Below are positions 24,463-35,832 of a stretch of DNA of 38,001 nucleotides, one piece after another; the stretch's first letter is position 1, and the number at the start of each line of letters is the position of its first letter. The position numbers and the translations under genes are program-made. Source of the DNA: Blastocystis sp. subtype 4. Lineage: Eukaryota. Under the pieces are notes generated by a model that was given only the letters and a program-made list of their open reading frames with translations, was not told where the DNA came from and searched no databases. The stretch covers positions 1-38,001 of the forward strand of contig NW_014569476.1 of assembly GCF_000743755.1 (NCBI RefSeq). The letters run 5' to 3'.

Positions 24463-26114
24463 ATGCTTTCTTTAACGACATCAAAACAAAACAAGACAAG
24501 ACTTGCATTGTATGCAGTTGTCGTAACCTCACAAATCGCGTACAACATGATTCTTGTTCTTACACCTTTCGTCAATGAGTTTCTTGGTACATCGGGGCTG
24601 CAGTATTCCCTCTCCTTTAGTGGTTATTATTTTATGGTACTTTTGAGTTGATGTACATGCAGGCGGTAATTTATAGGTTCCTTGTGTTTTGGTCCAATCA
24701 GCGATCGTATTGGGAGACGGAGAGCTATCAACTTATCTCTTTCAGTATTGGTGATTGGTACCAATGTTCTATATCTCTAATCTAGCCCACATAATCATGT
24801 ACTGGACACGAAGCGTTAATGTTTACATCATTTGTCGTGTTGTTGCTGGTGGATTCGATACTGTGCAATATCTATCTCAAGCTGTCATTGCAGATATTAC
24901 CAATACGAGAGAAAGACCGAAGTATTTGGCCCAACTCGAAAGTATGAACAATACTGCACAGACAGTTGGTCCTTTACTTGCAGGTGTTCTTTCAAATTAT
25001 CACCTGTATCTTCCTTTGTAAAGACAAATAAATGGAATCACTTACAGATGGGTTGCAGTGGGATTGTATGCTCTCTCTCTCGTCATATCCATAATCTTTC
25101 TCCCAGAGTCAATTCCTTCTGTTATCGAAAAGAATCAGCTCATGGCAACGTTTGAATTAGTCGAACAACACAGTTGGAGTTGTGGAGGTAGTTGATCTCT
25201 AGATCAGTCAAAAGGAGTTTCTCTCCTTGACTATGGTATATTTATCGTCCTCTTAGTGATAAATAGAAGAATCCAAGAAGATTAAAGAAGACTTCTTGTC
25301 CAATCTTCATGAGCAGGGTACTTGATAGCTCTAGCATTTATTCTAGAAATGGAACGTCTGAATAATGCCAAGCTTCGATTCAACTATCTCATGATCATTG
25401 CTTTCATTGGAGAGTTTTGCAATCGTTGGACATTCAGTGTATTCGATACTGTGGTATCTATCTACGGTTTGCAACAATACAATATGGATGCCTTTCTTTT
25501 CAGGTAGTTATGCATGTTTTATGTGATCCTTAGTATGATGAGTGCAATAGGAAGCCTTTCCAACATCTTCCAGACGGGATGGCTCTTTTCATTCCTCATC
25601 AAGAAAGACTTTTCTATTCCCATTATCACATCTTTTGCGGGTATTTTTGGAGCTATTGCTATGATCCTTTGTGTATGTAGCAACAGAGTTCTGTTCCTTC
25701 TTGGCTCCATTTTCATTATTATCTCCTATGGTTTTGCTTCTCCTACAGCTCCTGCAATTATGTCTGTCAATTGTACTGTAACTGTTTCATTTGTAGGCAG
25801 AAAGTAGTGAAATCACTCAAGGCAAAGCTATGTCGTTTACACTGATTGGTGGACAAAGTGCTTATATTCTGGCACCGTTGGTTCTAAATAACATTTATCC
25901 ATACAATAACAAGATGCCTTTCTATATCTCTCTATTGCCCAATATTGTGATGTTTGTAATGATGATTATCTGCAACTATCTTCCTGGTGGACGATTGGCA
26001 GGCCAAGTCTCGCTGGCTGACTCCTTGGAGAATGATCTTGAGTACAAGATCGCAGATATGGAGGGAAGTCTAGAGAAGAAGCTTGGAGGTAGAACTGAAA
26101 GAAAGATTCTTTAG
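24463..26114 (+). CDS. MFS transporter (drug:H+ antiporter-like; start uncertain)
   Basis: Motif A GPISDRIGRRR; SQAVIADIT...ER; GPLLAGVL; two hydrophobic halves separated by a hydrophilic loop; multiple short introns. Confidence 0.85.
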
Positions 26115-26164
26115 AGATTCGCATGAACTTGTTTCTTGAACAAACCCATTTGTGGTTCCATTTC

Positions 26165-26415
26165 TTACTTGAGGAAATAGTAGACCATGAATGTTACGAT
26201 ACCTACTGCACATACAAGAAGAGGAATCATAAAGGAAGTGTTATTATTTGATTCGTCTACATAATGAATACCTCCCAAGATAGAAGTCTACTCTTCGTAT
26301 TCTGGATTCCATATCGGCCACGAAGTTGAGATGCGCTTAGATCAGAGTCGGGAACACTTCCTCCTTTGTGGTATCGCTGTCGCAGCTCAGTAGCAGTTAG
26401 TCCATCATCTCCCAT
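26165..26415 (-). CDS. Small 71-aa tail-anchored membrane protein, two exons
   Basis: MGDDGLTATELRQRYHKGGSVPDSDLSASQLRGRYGIQNTKNESNNNTSFMIPLLVCAVGIVTFMVYYFLK*; 35-nt GT-AG intron at 26257-26291; GGTTTGTT at 26139-26146. Confidence 0.8.
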
Positions 26416-26488
26416 CCTAGTTTGTCAAAAATAATGCACGTGAACAACCATTCTCAACAAACAACCAAATACAACAATCACAGAAAAC

Positions 26489-27895
26489 TCACTGAACAAA
26501 CTCCTCATTGGTAGTCGGCACAGTCTTGATATCCACTTCACTTCGTTTGGCATCAGCTAAATTGACAGGTTCTGCATCCGAAATGCATCCACGGTTAACA
26601 GCATCTGCATCTTCATTTGAGACTGCAGTTACCTTCTTATCGTCAACCACGGGAAGTTCAGTCTTGGGAAGGACAGGAGCCTTATGAATGTGTCCAAACA
26701 CAATAAACGAAAGATGGCTCAATGTAGCGAGACCAATATTCAACCACAATTCGGCAGCATACATGGATGATGAAGCAACATTCTCTCCTTCCTTGACAAA
26801 AAGAGATGCTAACAAATAGCAAATACAGCCTCCCATGTTTTGGAACAAACGGAATACGCTATTGGCCGTCTCTTGGTCAGTGAATTTCTCACCAACAACA
26901 GCTGGAATCAGAGTCTGGTAAGCACTATCGGAGAGAGCCAAAAGAATAAACGAAATATAATACAAGAAATTCTGAGTGAAGTTGGCATACCAAACGGTGA
27001 TCATACCTGCTGCTTGCGTCAACGAAGCCACATTCATTAAAAACATTTGACCAAACTTATCCATAAGAGAACCAAGAGACGTTGAAATGACAGTTTCGAC
27101 AAACGAATAGACAGCCATTAGCAAACCCAGAGAACTCTGGTCATGAAGCTGACGAGTAAGCATACAGCCCAGGTAGGAGTACTGGAACCCCAAGTAGAAC
27201 ATAGGCATCAACAGCCAGATCATATCATGAGAAACGGTCATCTTCACCACACGCTTCATCAGTACCATTGTTGGAGTGGAAGAGAGAGGAGGACGTGTTC
27301 CTTCAGATGGAGATGGCTTGAGAAGAAACATGGGAACTGCACCGATTAGGGAGATGCAACCCAAGAATATAAACATAATAGAAGCAGCTCCATGCCATCC
27401 TTCAACGTTAGAAGAGTCATCCAGACCAATAAATCGCAAAATAAAGAAAACGGCAAGATTACCGAGAATGGTTCCACTCATATAAACACCCCAAAAGATA
27501 CCACTCTTTACACCTTTATCATGTTCATTCATGTTGGCAGACAAATAGACACCTTCTGCTGCCCACAACACAGCCGCCACAATACCATGTAGGAAACTCC
27601 ACACATAACCGACTGACGGGATGAAGTAGACATAAGCGAACATATACAGACCATACTCGATACACAACCACGCGAGACACTGTCGTTCATTCTTGAACCA
27701 CTTCAGAATTGGAGGGATAATGAAGCAAGAGAATGCTGAGGATAGCATAATAAGTGCCATACACATTGAACCAGTGGTCCCAAAAATCGGTACAATGAAA
27801 TTCATAGCCACTTTGATTCCAAGCAACGTCAGGGACATTGCAAAACCAAGAGTATACACATTAGACATCGTAGGATCATTTGACTTTCTTGTCAT
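26489..27895 (-). CDS. UNC-93-like MFS membrane protein
   Basis: 468-aa uninterrupted multi-TM ORF with AVLWAAEGVYLS...SGIFWG...GTILGNL and ANSVFRLFQ; TGTTTGTT downstream. Confidence 0.85.
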   Translation of the reverse strand: MTRKSNDPTMSNVYTLGFAMSLTLLGIKVAMNFIVPIFGTTGSMCMALIMLSSAFSCFIIPPILKWFKNERQCLAWLCIEYGLYMFAYVYFIPSVGYVWSFLHGIVAAVLWAAEGVYLSANMNEHDKGVKSGIFWGVYMSGTILGNLAVFFILRFIGLDDSSNVEGWHGAASIMFIFLGCISLIGAVPMFLLKPSPSEGTRPPLSSTPTMVLMKRVVKMTVSHDMIWLLMPMFYLGFQYSYLGCMLTRQLHDQSSLGLLMAVYSFVETVISTSLGSLMDKFGQMFLMNVASLTQAAGMITVWYANFTQNFLYYISFILLALSDSAYQTLIPAVVGEKFTDQETANSVFRLFQNMGGCICYLLASLFVKEGENVASSSMYAAELWLNIGLATLSHLSFIVFGHIHKAPVLPKTELPVVDDKKVTAVSNEDADAVNRGCISDAEPVNLADAKRSEVDIKTVPTTNEEFVQ

Positions 27896-28328
27896 TCTGA
27901 TAATTAATGGGTATCCTATAGAAACGAGGAAACCGTGGAACTGATCTGTCTTCGCCCCCTTTATCTACTAAGAACAAATAAAACCAGCAACAATAGAGAG
28001 AAAATAGTAGTTATATGAGAGACCTCCCATTTGTTTCGTTACTCAATCGGATCATGAGAATGATAGATCCAAATAACCACATTCATTTATAAGATGATTC
28101 CTCTCACAATATGCAACCCCAATTCGGTAGTCTATGATCAATGGAAATCTTGAATCCAATTGGTTTATAAGTATTTTCAAAGCGAATTCTATGTTTGCAA
28201 TAGAACTGACTATATCCTTCTCGTGAATACTGCAAATGGTAAAGAAAACAACTTACAAAACATCTAAACAGAGCCAGATAATCGATTTTACGCAAATATC
28301 GCATATCTTTCTCGTTCTGTAGATTCAA

Positions 28329-30461
28329 ATGAACATGGACGAAGTAGAGGACAAGAGTGTTTCTATTGAGTAATCCCTTTAGAGTCTATTTTTATTGTCA
28401 TAGACCAACTGAGATGGTAGAAAAGACCTCTAGATCGTATGTTGAGGAAAAGTTGATTCAATGTGCTAGACCTTCTCACAGTCCATCACGTAGTCGTTCT
28501 CGTAGTCGTTCCCGTGATCGTTCTTTAGAGGAGTCTGCTGCTTCGCGATCTAGCTCTCCAGCAAAGTCTTTTGTAAATAGTTTCACTGATATACAGGGAT
28601 GAGACAGCAGAAATGGATGAAGAGAGTAAAGAGACTGAAAAGGTAGATGATACGACTGAGAGGAAATATGGAAATGGAAGAGGTGGGTGGCGATCGGGCC
28701 GTGGCTATACAAATCAATACAAGTACCGACGTGGTGGAAGAAACATGTTCAAACGAGACAACTATCCTACAGTTGAACTCCCTAATGTGGACGTAAAGCT
28801 CTCTTATCGAGAATATGTTATTAATGAATCGGAGGATATCACAATGGAGGAAGCAGAACAAGGATATGAAAGGTAGTTTGTTGTAGTTTTTTGTTATTTG
28901 TAGTTATTCCCGGCGCCAACAGTACATCAATGCCATGCATTTCTTTGATGCCTATGCAAATCAAGAATGGCTTGTTGAAGCTCGTGTCCCCTCATCCCAT
29001 AAGAAGTGGCTTCGAAATCGTGTGGAAGAATGCAAAGCAGAGGCCCAACGTCTCACACAATGGATCAACTCTGATAAACTGTTGATTCCTCCTGCAGATA
29101 TGACGACTGAAAACATTTCCGGGGTTATCGACTATCCTTATCGTATCAAGGATGTATTTGCCGAAAGATGTGTTTACATCCACGCCATTCCTCCTTCTTG
29201 TACGCGAGAGTGTCTCAACACCTTCTTAAAACAGTTTGATGGTCTGGAAGCAGTCTATTTCGGTGATGTCTTTTACTGTCCTCCATCTGAGCTAAACCGG
29301 CCTGTTTATGTTCTGTTTGATTCACGAGATCATGCTGAAGCTGCCTTCAAGCATATGGCTGCCGTTCATGTCCCTCTCGTTGATACTGAGAATCTGGGAT
29401 TGGATGGATTGAAAGAGAATGAAACACCCAGTCCAAAGACATTCATTCTCTTGTGTTCACTGTGGAAACAGATGGGTCGACCTTCTGTTCTCAGTGCTAT
29501 AGCAAATGCACCATTCCGAATTGCTAAGGATTTGCAACAGTGTCATTCATTGTTCCATTCATTTGAAGTATACTGGGTAGAGACTTTAGCTTGGATTGAT
29601 TCTCTAGGGCTTAGAGACACACTTCGAGGAAACTATTGAGCATTATCGTTCGGAGCATACATGGATGAAGGATGTTGATGAGATCGATTTGCTTGTATAT
29701 GGACTGAGAAGGATCTTTGGATATGATTATTGGTATGGAGAAAATCATAACGAATTTGGAGTCAGTTATCATCATCATGGACAGGATATGATTCGATCTA
29801 GTATTGCATCAGAAGAGACAGAGGTTAGGATCATAGAGGAGTGTAATGAATAGGATGATGAGTGGTCAACCCAACTTGATGCAAAGACCAGTTCAATGAT
29901 ACAACAGTTGGCTGAAAGATCTGTTCAAATGCAGTTAGATACAGTGACTGATCTCGAGAAGAAAGAAGAATTGGTACGAGAACCAATTGAAGGTAAGTTC
30001 GTTGAACAAAACATCTGTTTGTTGCCTGAGGTAGGTGACACGGTGAGTACGCGAATGTGTGGAATCTGCAAGAAAAACTTCTTGAATCGTGATTATGTCT
30101 CGAAACATATCATAAACAAACATCATGACTTGATTCAAATCAAACAGAACAAGACAGTACTCTTAGAGGTGATTCGAACTGAATTCTTAAAAGATCCGAA
30201 TGCCAAGATTCCAAATATCATTCCAAAGAAGGCCAATTTGTGAGAGATGAATGAGAGAGTGAGTTGTAGAAGTGCGAGTGAAGTGGATATTCTGGATACA
30301 ACCAAGAAGAGTGATGATATTGACAAGAGTAAACTCATCTCGTATGGTAGGTGTGACTGTTAGGATTAATAGTAGCAAACAGTTACAAAGATCGTGATGC
30401 TGTGAATGGGATCAATGTAACCACAAAAGTATCTGTAGCATCTGTATTTGATGACTTTTAA
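28329..30461 (+). CDS. SRRT: SERRATE/ARS2 RNA effector
   Basis: RS-rich N-terminus; LSYREY and HFFDAYANQEWL; RRM-like region; IDLLVYGLRRIFGYDYWYG; C2H2 finger CGICKKNF..DYVSKHIINKH; C-terminal YKDRD; TAA at 30459-30461; TGTTTGTT at 30469-30476. Confidence 0.85.
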
Positions 30462-30538
30462 TTAGTGGTGTTTGTTAAAGAGTTTCCTTCGTCAGGGATC
30501 ACTATCTATTTAGTCGTTGTATGTTGTGGTAGACTGAG

Positions 30539-31918
30539 ATGAATAAGTGGTGTGTCTTCACGAAGATTACATCATCGAAGCAAATCCTACATAACGTAGG
30601 GATTGGATCAATCATCTCCCGAGGATATTTCAATCATAAGGAAGACCCCCTGTATGTTCCATTTGCAACGGATGCAGAACGTGAACTTGCTTCCATCCAG
30701 TTTTGGGTAACCAAGAACACTAATCTGAAAGAAGTGAACATCAGTTTACGAGTGATCCTTGGAGAATTGATTATCATGTGTAGCGTGCCTATCTTCCCTT
30801 TTGGAGTTTTTCTTTTGATTGCTACGTTCATTTCTCAAAAGGATGTGCCGTATCATCCTATTCAGATGCGGATCGAGTGAAACGAAAGAGGTGTCAAGTG
30901 TATGGTGGTAAGGACTACAATTACAAATTTGTTAGAGATTCTGTATTTGATTATGCATAGCTAGAAGAAGTGAAAACGTCAACCGAAAACGCAGTCCCTC
31001 TGGAACCAAACATCATTGCTGGAGTCAAGGAGATTGAACCATGGGGAATCTATGAACAAACTGCTTGGGATTATGTGAAAACAATGGTGGAGGAGGAAGA
31101 ACGTTACAAACTGTTACAGAAGTCAGAAGTGACACGAGAATCCCTCCGAAATGTTTATTTTGAATATCAGAATCGTTCTGTGAAAATGGTGATGCTTCCT
31201 GTTACGATTGCCCAGAACAATCATCTTCACGATTTCTTCAACATTTTTATCAGTGGAGTCACTGGAATTCCTTCAGGCTTATCAGTACACAAAATGCCCA
31301 GTTTCAAGAATATTCCAGTGTATCGGCTTGTATGACTGATTACTATTCCTTATATTATTAGGATAAGTATCTTGTATTGATTAGCAAATATGGTTATTGG
31401 AAGGTGATGGATGCATTCATTCGCGTAGCAGTATGATTTGAATTAAACTCTAGTATCACTCTACAAAAGAACAGAAGAAGATGCTTGAATTCCAAAGTAT
31501 TATTGCCTCATCCAATGACATCAGTGTGATATCAAAGTATTATTCAAAAAAGTTTGCTCGTGAAGCCGAATGGGAAGCATGGAAGGATCGATATTACCGA
31601 GTCATGGACATGATTCATGTTGGTTATCATAGTTATGCAGAAGAGTATGAAGAATTCGTTGCACAGAAGCTAAAACAACAGTCGAAGAGTCGTGTAGTTG
31701 ATTGTACAAACAAACATGACTATTATTCATTGTTGGGTGTAGATCGATGTGCTAGCGAGGAAGAAATCAAGCGTAGTTTCCGTGTACTTATTATGCAGGT
31801 TCATCCTGATTATTGTATGGATATTGATGCAGAAGAGAGAGCCAAAGAGTTGATTGAGGCTTATCAGACATTAAGAAATCCTCAGAAACGCTATCTGTAT
31901 GATCTATCTCTCCATTGA
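30539..31918 (+). CDS. DnaJ-domain protein (C-terminal J domain, N-terminal hydrophobic segment)
   Basis: DYYSLLGV...ASEEEIKRSF...VHPD...EAYQTLRNPQKRYLYD; upstream exons linked by short introns (joins less certain). Confidence 0.78.
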
Positions 31919-31981
31919 GTGTTTGATGGGAGACTTCCGTTTTCCGAACGTAATTGCACTAATGTTTCTTACAAACAATCC

Positions 31982-33404
31982 AGAGTTTGGATATTATGGT
32001 TCGTAGTACCCGAATGAGAGGTTGATCCTCTTTTAGAGTATCTAGAATTGATACAAGGACTGTCTTGTAAGGAGGACATTGGGTGTTGTATTCTTTTAAG
32101 AACAAACGCATGAGGTTGAGAAATGGTGGAAGAGAAAGAGACTCCTGGTTGGATACACAACGAGAGAAAAACTCAATCACTCTGTCCACAGGCAAGCATC
32201 TCTTCTGATCATTCATTAGGATGGATCGAATCACAGGAACCATGAAATCATTAGCACTACAACTCGTCTCATCTCCAATCACCTAACTAGTATCCTTCAA
32301 CTTTTCCTACACTTATTCCAATCGCTTCCTTTACATTCTCAGGAACATTTGTCTTGAGTAACCGTTGAATCAATTCGGTGGTACGTTTTGATACGAACTC
32401 TGCTTTTAGAGATGGTAAAAGGACACTAGGAATGAAGATCTAGCAGTCATAATCGTATCCAAATCCTACATGATAATTACAATTCACAGCCTGTAGAACA
32501 ACATCAAAGAGATCTCGTGAAACAATCGTATTACCCGTTACAAGCAATGGAAGGAGATAATGGGAGAAGAGTTGCTGTAGAAGACTTTGGGAAATATCTG
32601 CCGTTATCAATTCACTAGTAACACAAATCTCTTCATATCGTACTCTTTAAACAATACAAAAAAGGGTTCTGGAATACTCTGCAATGAGTTGAATAACTCA
32701 TTCATCTGCGAGGACTACAGATCAGTCTACGAAGTAACACTGACTTCATCACTAAAGTAATGAATGATCGATTGGATATCATCTCTCGCTTGGTGAATTC
32801 GTACATGATCGGAGAGTTGGTGCAGTGAAGAATCAGCAAACAACTCGTTCAATGATGAGATTTTGTATTGGATCTATGAATGAATGAAGATGGATTTATC
32901 AACCGAAGTTGGCAGACTGGGAGTCGTAGAGTCTCGTTGAGATGTCACCGGTATACTCTTTGAATCGACCTGTGACTGACTCAGTATAGAAACGGTAAGG
33001 TCTTCACCAAGGGATTTGTGAGGATCCCATTCTCTCATCTCATATGGAGGATTCAGATCCACAAACCCACAGTTTCTTTTTAAGACAAGGTTACACTCTC
33101 TGATTAACGAATTCACAAGAAGTGAGTTCGAGAATCGATCATGATACTCTTCACAATTATTTACAATTATTTTCAAATCTGTTTCTAGTAACATGGATAC
33201 ATGCTTCTGAATAGATAGTAACGCGAGTGATTGTTCAGAAGGAGAGAAGGAGATTATAGATGGAACCCTAAGAAAAAGAGCTTGTTAAGAAGCTTACATT
33301 TCGTTCGGTTCTTGATCTTTCCTTCTGGTAGGTGATTTGAGGAATACACTATGAACAAACGTCTCAATACTGTTGATTCGAATAAATTCGTCAATTCTAT
33401 TCAT
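31982..33404 (-). CDS. FANCE-like helical repeat protein (stop predicted to be created by polyadenylation)
   Basis: C-terminal half YLLPLL..IVSRDLFDVV, SVLLPSL..TTELIQRLLK, FLNLMRLFLKEY...LRTIISKL resembles the FANCE C-terminal domain by eye. Confidence 0.5.
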
Positions 33405-33444
33405 ACTGCATTCTTATGAACAAAAAGTGGCAATCTAAAAGTAC

Positions 33445-34428
33445 TCATCTCTTCATCATTTCCACGTTTCTTTGTAGCTGGGCTCTTGATCGAGTTAGAT
33501 TTACTTCCAACTAATCCTGAATCATAACTATCATAACTACCTGCTTTAAAATCTGTTCATCTTGCTTCAGTAAATCAATACAACGATCTTGTGCTAATGT
33601 GATTCCCTGGATATCGAGAAGAAGATGGTCCACGGCTTCAATCTCTGGTTTCCGACTATTAATCTCGTAGAGGGTATTTGTAACTTCTGTAAATGTTTGT
33701 TGAAATGACGCTGCAATAGCAGATATTTCCTGCATTTCTCCCCGATTCTTCCTACTAGTTCCTCGGTTCTTCTCCATCGAGCGAATAAATTGACGCAGTA
33801 TGCTCTACCATGAAAATGTTAGAAAGCATTTACCGAATAGTCAATCTCCATTCTCCTTAGGAAACTGGATTGTAGAATATATGCTTTCTTTTCAATTGAT
33901 GACAATTCTTCCAAACTACAAATCTCGCTTAACTTTGTCAGAAACTCCTTAATCTCTGATATTGCTTCATTAATTGCTACAACAGGTTCCTCATCTGTAT
34001 CATCATCTGGTAATATCGAATAGACAGAATAAGATAGTTGATTTGTTTCTTTGGCTTCTTGAATTGCTGCTTGTAATGTTACTTCAACCACAGAGTCAGA
34101 TGCCTTATCATTAGAACTCATAGAGTCAGTGATATGTCGAAGAAGAAGGTTCATAGAGGTTTTTATGGTTTCAATTTGTTCCTGGATTGTATATAACTCG
34201 AAAAGAAGTGGATTACTCGATCCAGAGGACCTGAATCCCGAATTACAACGCTGCTGGATTTGTTGGTACTGCCGACGAATTGAATCCATTTGCACATCCA
34301 TTTTATCCAATCCAGAAAACTCTAAGCATTCTACTTCCTCCTCCTACATATCATCACCATATACTACTAATTACAGGTGGAGCTTGATAGGATAGGACTT
34401 TCTCAGTCTCAAATTCAAGTACTTCCAT
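33445..34428 (-). CDS. Hypothetical coiled-coil protein
   Basis: ATG 34428; ORFs 33819-34310 and 33511-33777 are flanked by ~30-nt introns; heptad-like Q/E/I-rich sequence; TGA at 33445-33447. Confidence 0.6.
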
Positions 34429-34438
34429 AGTTAGTGAG

Positions 34439-34446
34439 AACAAACA
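34439..34446 (-). terminator. TGTTTGTT polyadenylation motif (NBP35)
   Basis: TGA-TC-TGTTTGTT. Confidence 0.85.
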
Positions 34447-34448
34447 GA

Positions 34449-35733
34449 TCAACTAACCGTCTTATTATTCACAAGTGACACAATATCTATACATTACAAC
34501 ATCTTTTGTCACCCAATACAATTCACAATCTTGGTAAGGATCACCGATATCTGACCTCCTTGAGAGATAATCCCTTCACCCGTTTCAGCAGCTTTCTCGA
34601 GGGATGTAAACATAGGAATCCTTCCCAAAAATGGTACTTTTGCCCAGGAAGCCAATCCCTCCCCTCCATTATTCACAGGCGGGAACATGGTGATGGAACC
34701 CTAGATATGACCCTATTCTCATTTTCCTACTCTGAAATTGATAAAATCAGGGAAGACATCTTCCAGTTTGGCTACAACATCTTTGGTGATATCATTCCCA
34801 AAATAGTCTTTAAACACAACTTCATTCATTCCAAACTATGTATTAACTCTATATCCATCCATCACCTCCATACTACTCATGTTCTCAATCACACCAATAA
34901 TATTCACTCCAGACCGCTGGCAGAATCGAATCTCTTTTCGAACATCTGCTAGAGAGACTTCTTGTGGTGTAGTCACCAGAATACCACCATCAATACCAAC
35001 ATCTCGAAGGAAGTTGACAATGGATATGTGTTCGTCTGAAGTACCAGGAGGAGCTAGTTCTGAAACAATACATGAAGAAATACTATCAATAATGAGGTAG
35101 TCTAGCGCACCCCAGTTGATCTCACTCAAGAATTGTTGAATCAAAGCTACGGATGAGTCCAAATCAATGGTTAAAACCATGCTTCTTGGCACCTCTCCAG
35201 ATTACGGCATCATCTGGATCTCCTAATAGGAAGCCAATACTCATTACAGAGAGATTATCATCCACATAAATTGGATCCCAGCCACTATTACTCTGATGGA
35301 CTTCTCCACCAATAACACCCATCATACGAGGAATACTTGGTCCACAGATATCGATATCAAGAATACCAACCTAGTAACTCAATTAACTCCACAGATCGAT
35401 ACTTGATTGCCCTGTGAAGCAAGAGCAAAGGCAAGCTGCGAGGCTACAGTACTCTTGCCCACTCCTCCCTTTCCGGAAAGGATCATCAGTGTATGCTTAA
35501 TTGAAGACATTCTTTGTCGAATTGCAGCAGCAGCTAACCATTATCGGGAAATAGAAAACCTACCGGGATCAGGCTTTCTAAATTCACCACTGGAACATTT
35601 GTTTTGATTTGGACATCCCTGACATGAACTCACTTTTCCTGCTTGCTCAGATTGGGGGCCAACACAACCTAATTATAACTTTCCCGATCTTCTTGTTACC
35701 TGAATTTGAGTTTGGCAATTCATTTCCATCCAT
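34449..35733 (-). CDS. NBP35: Cytosolic Fe-S cluster assembly factor NBP35/NUBP1
   Basis: N-terminal [24 protein letters not shown] (CX13CX2CX5C); [51 protein letters not shown]. Confidence 0.95.
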
Positions 35734-35820
35734 TATCGTAATCAATAATGAGGGTTGGAGGAAGTGCATCATTCCCGCGGGACTTTGGGAGCAAATGACA
35801 ATCAAAGGAAAAGTTCGAAG

Positions 35821-35828
35821 AACAAACA
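35821..35828 (-). terminator. TGTTTGTT polyadenylation motif (hypothetical gene upstream of NBP35)
   Basis: GCT-T-CGGT-TGTTTGTT; exact motif inside the apparent ORF. Confidence 0.85.
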
Positions 35829-35832
35829 ACCG

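Noticed and set aside
31916..31927. TGTTTGAT right after the DnaJ gene stop as another poly(A)-stop case
   Set aside because: Degenerate motif; the 4-nt spacing would give a non-stop mRNA, so it is not counted.
35053..35082. Apparent insertion [11 protein letters not shown] in the NBP35 DTPPG motif
   Set aside because: It is an in-frame 30-nt GT-AG intron.
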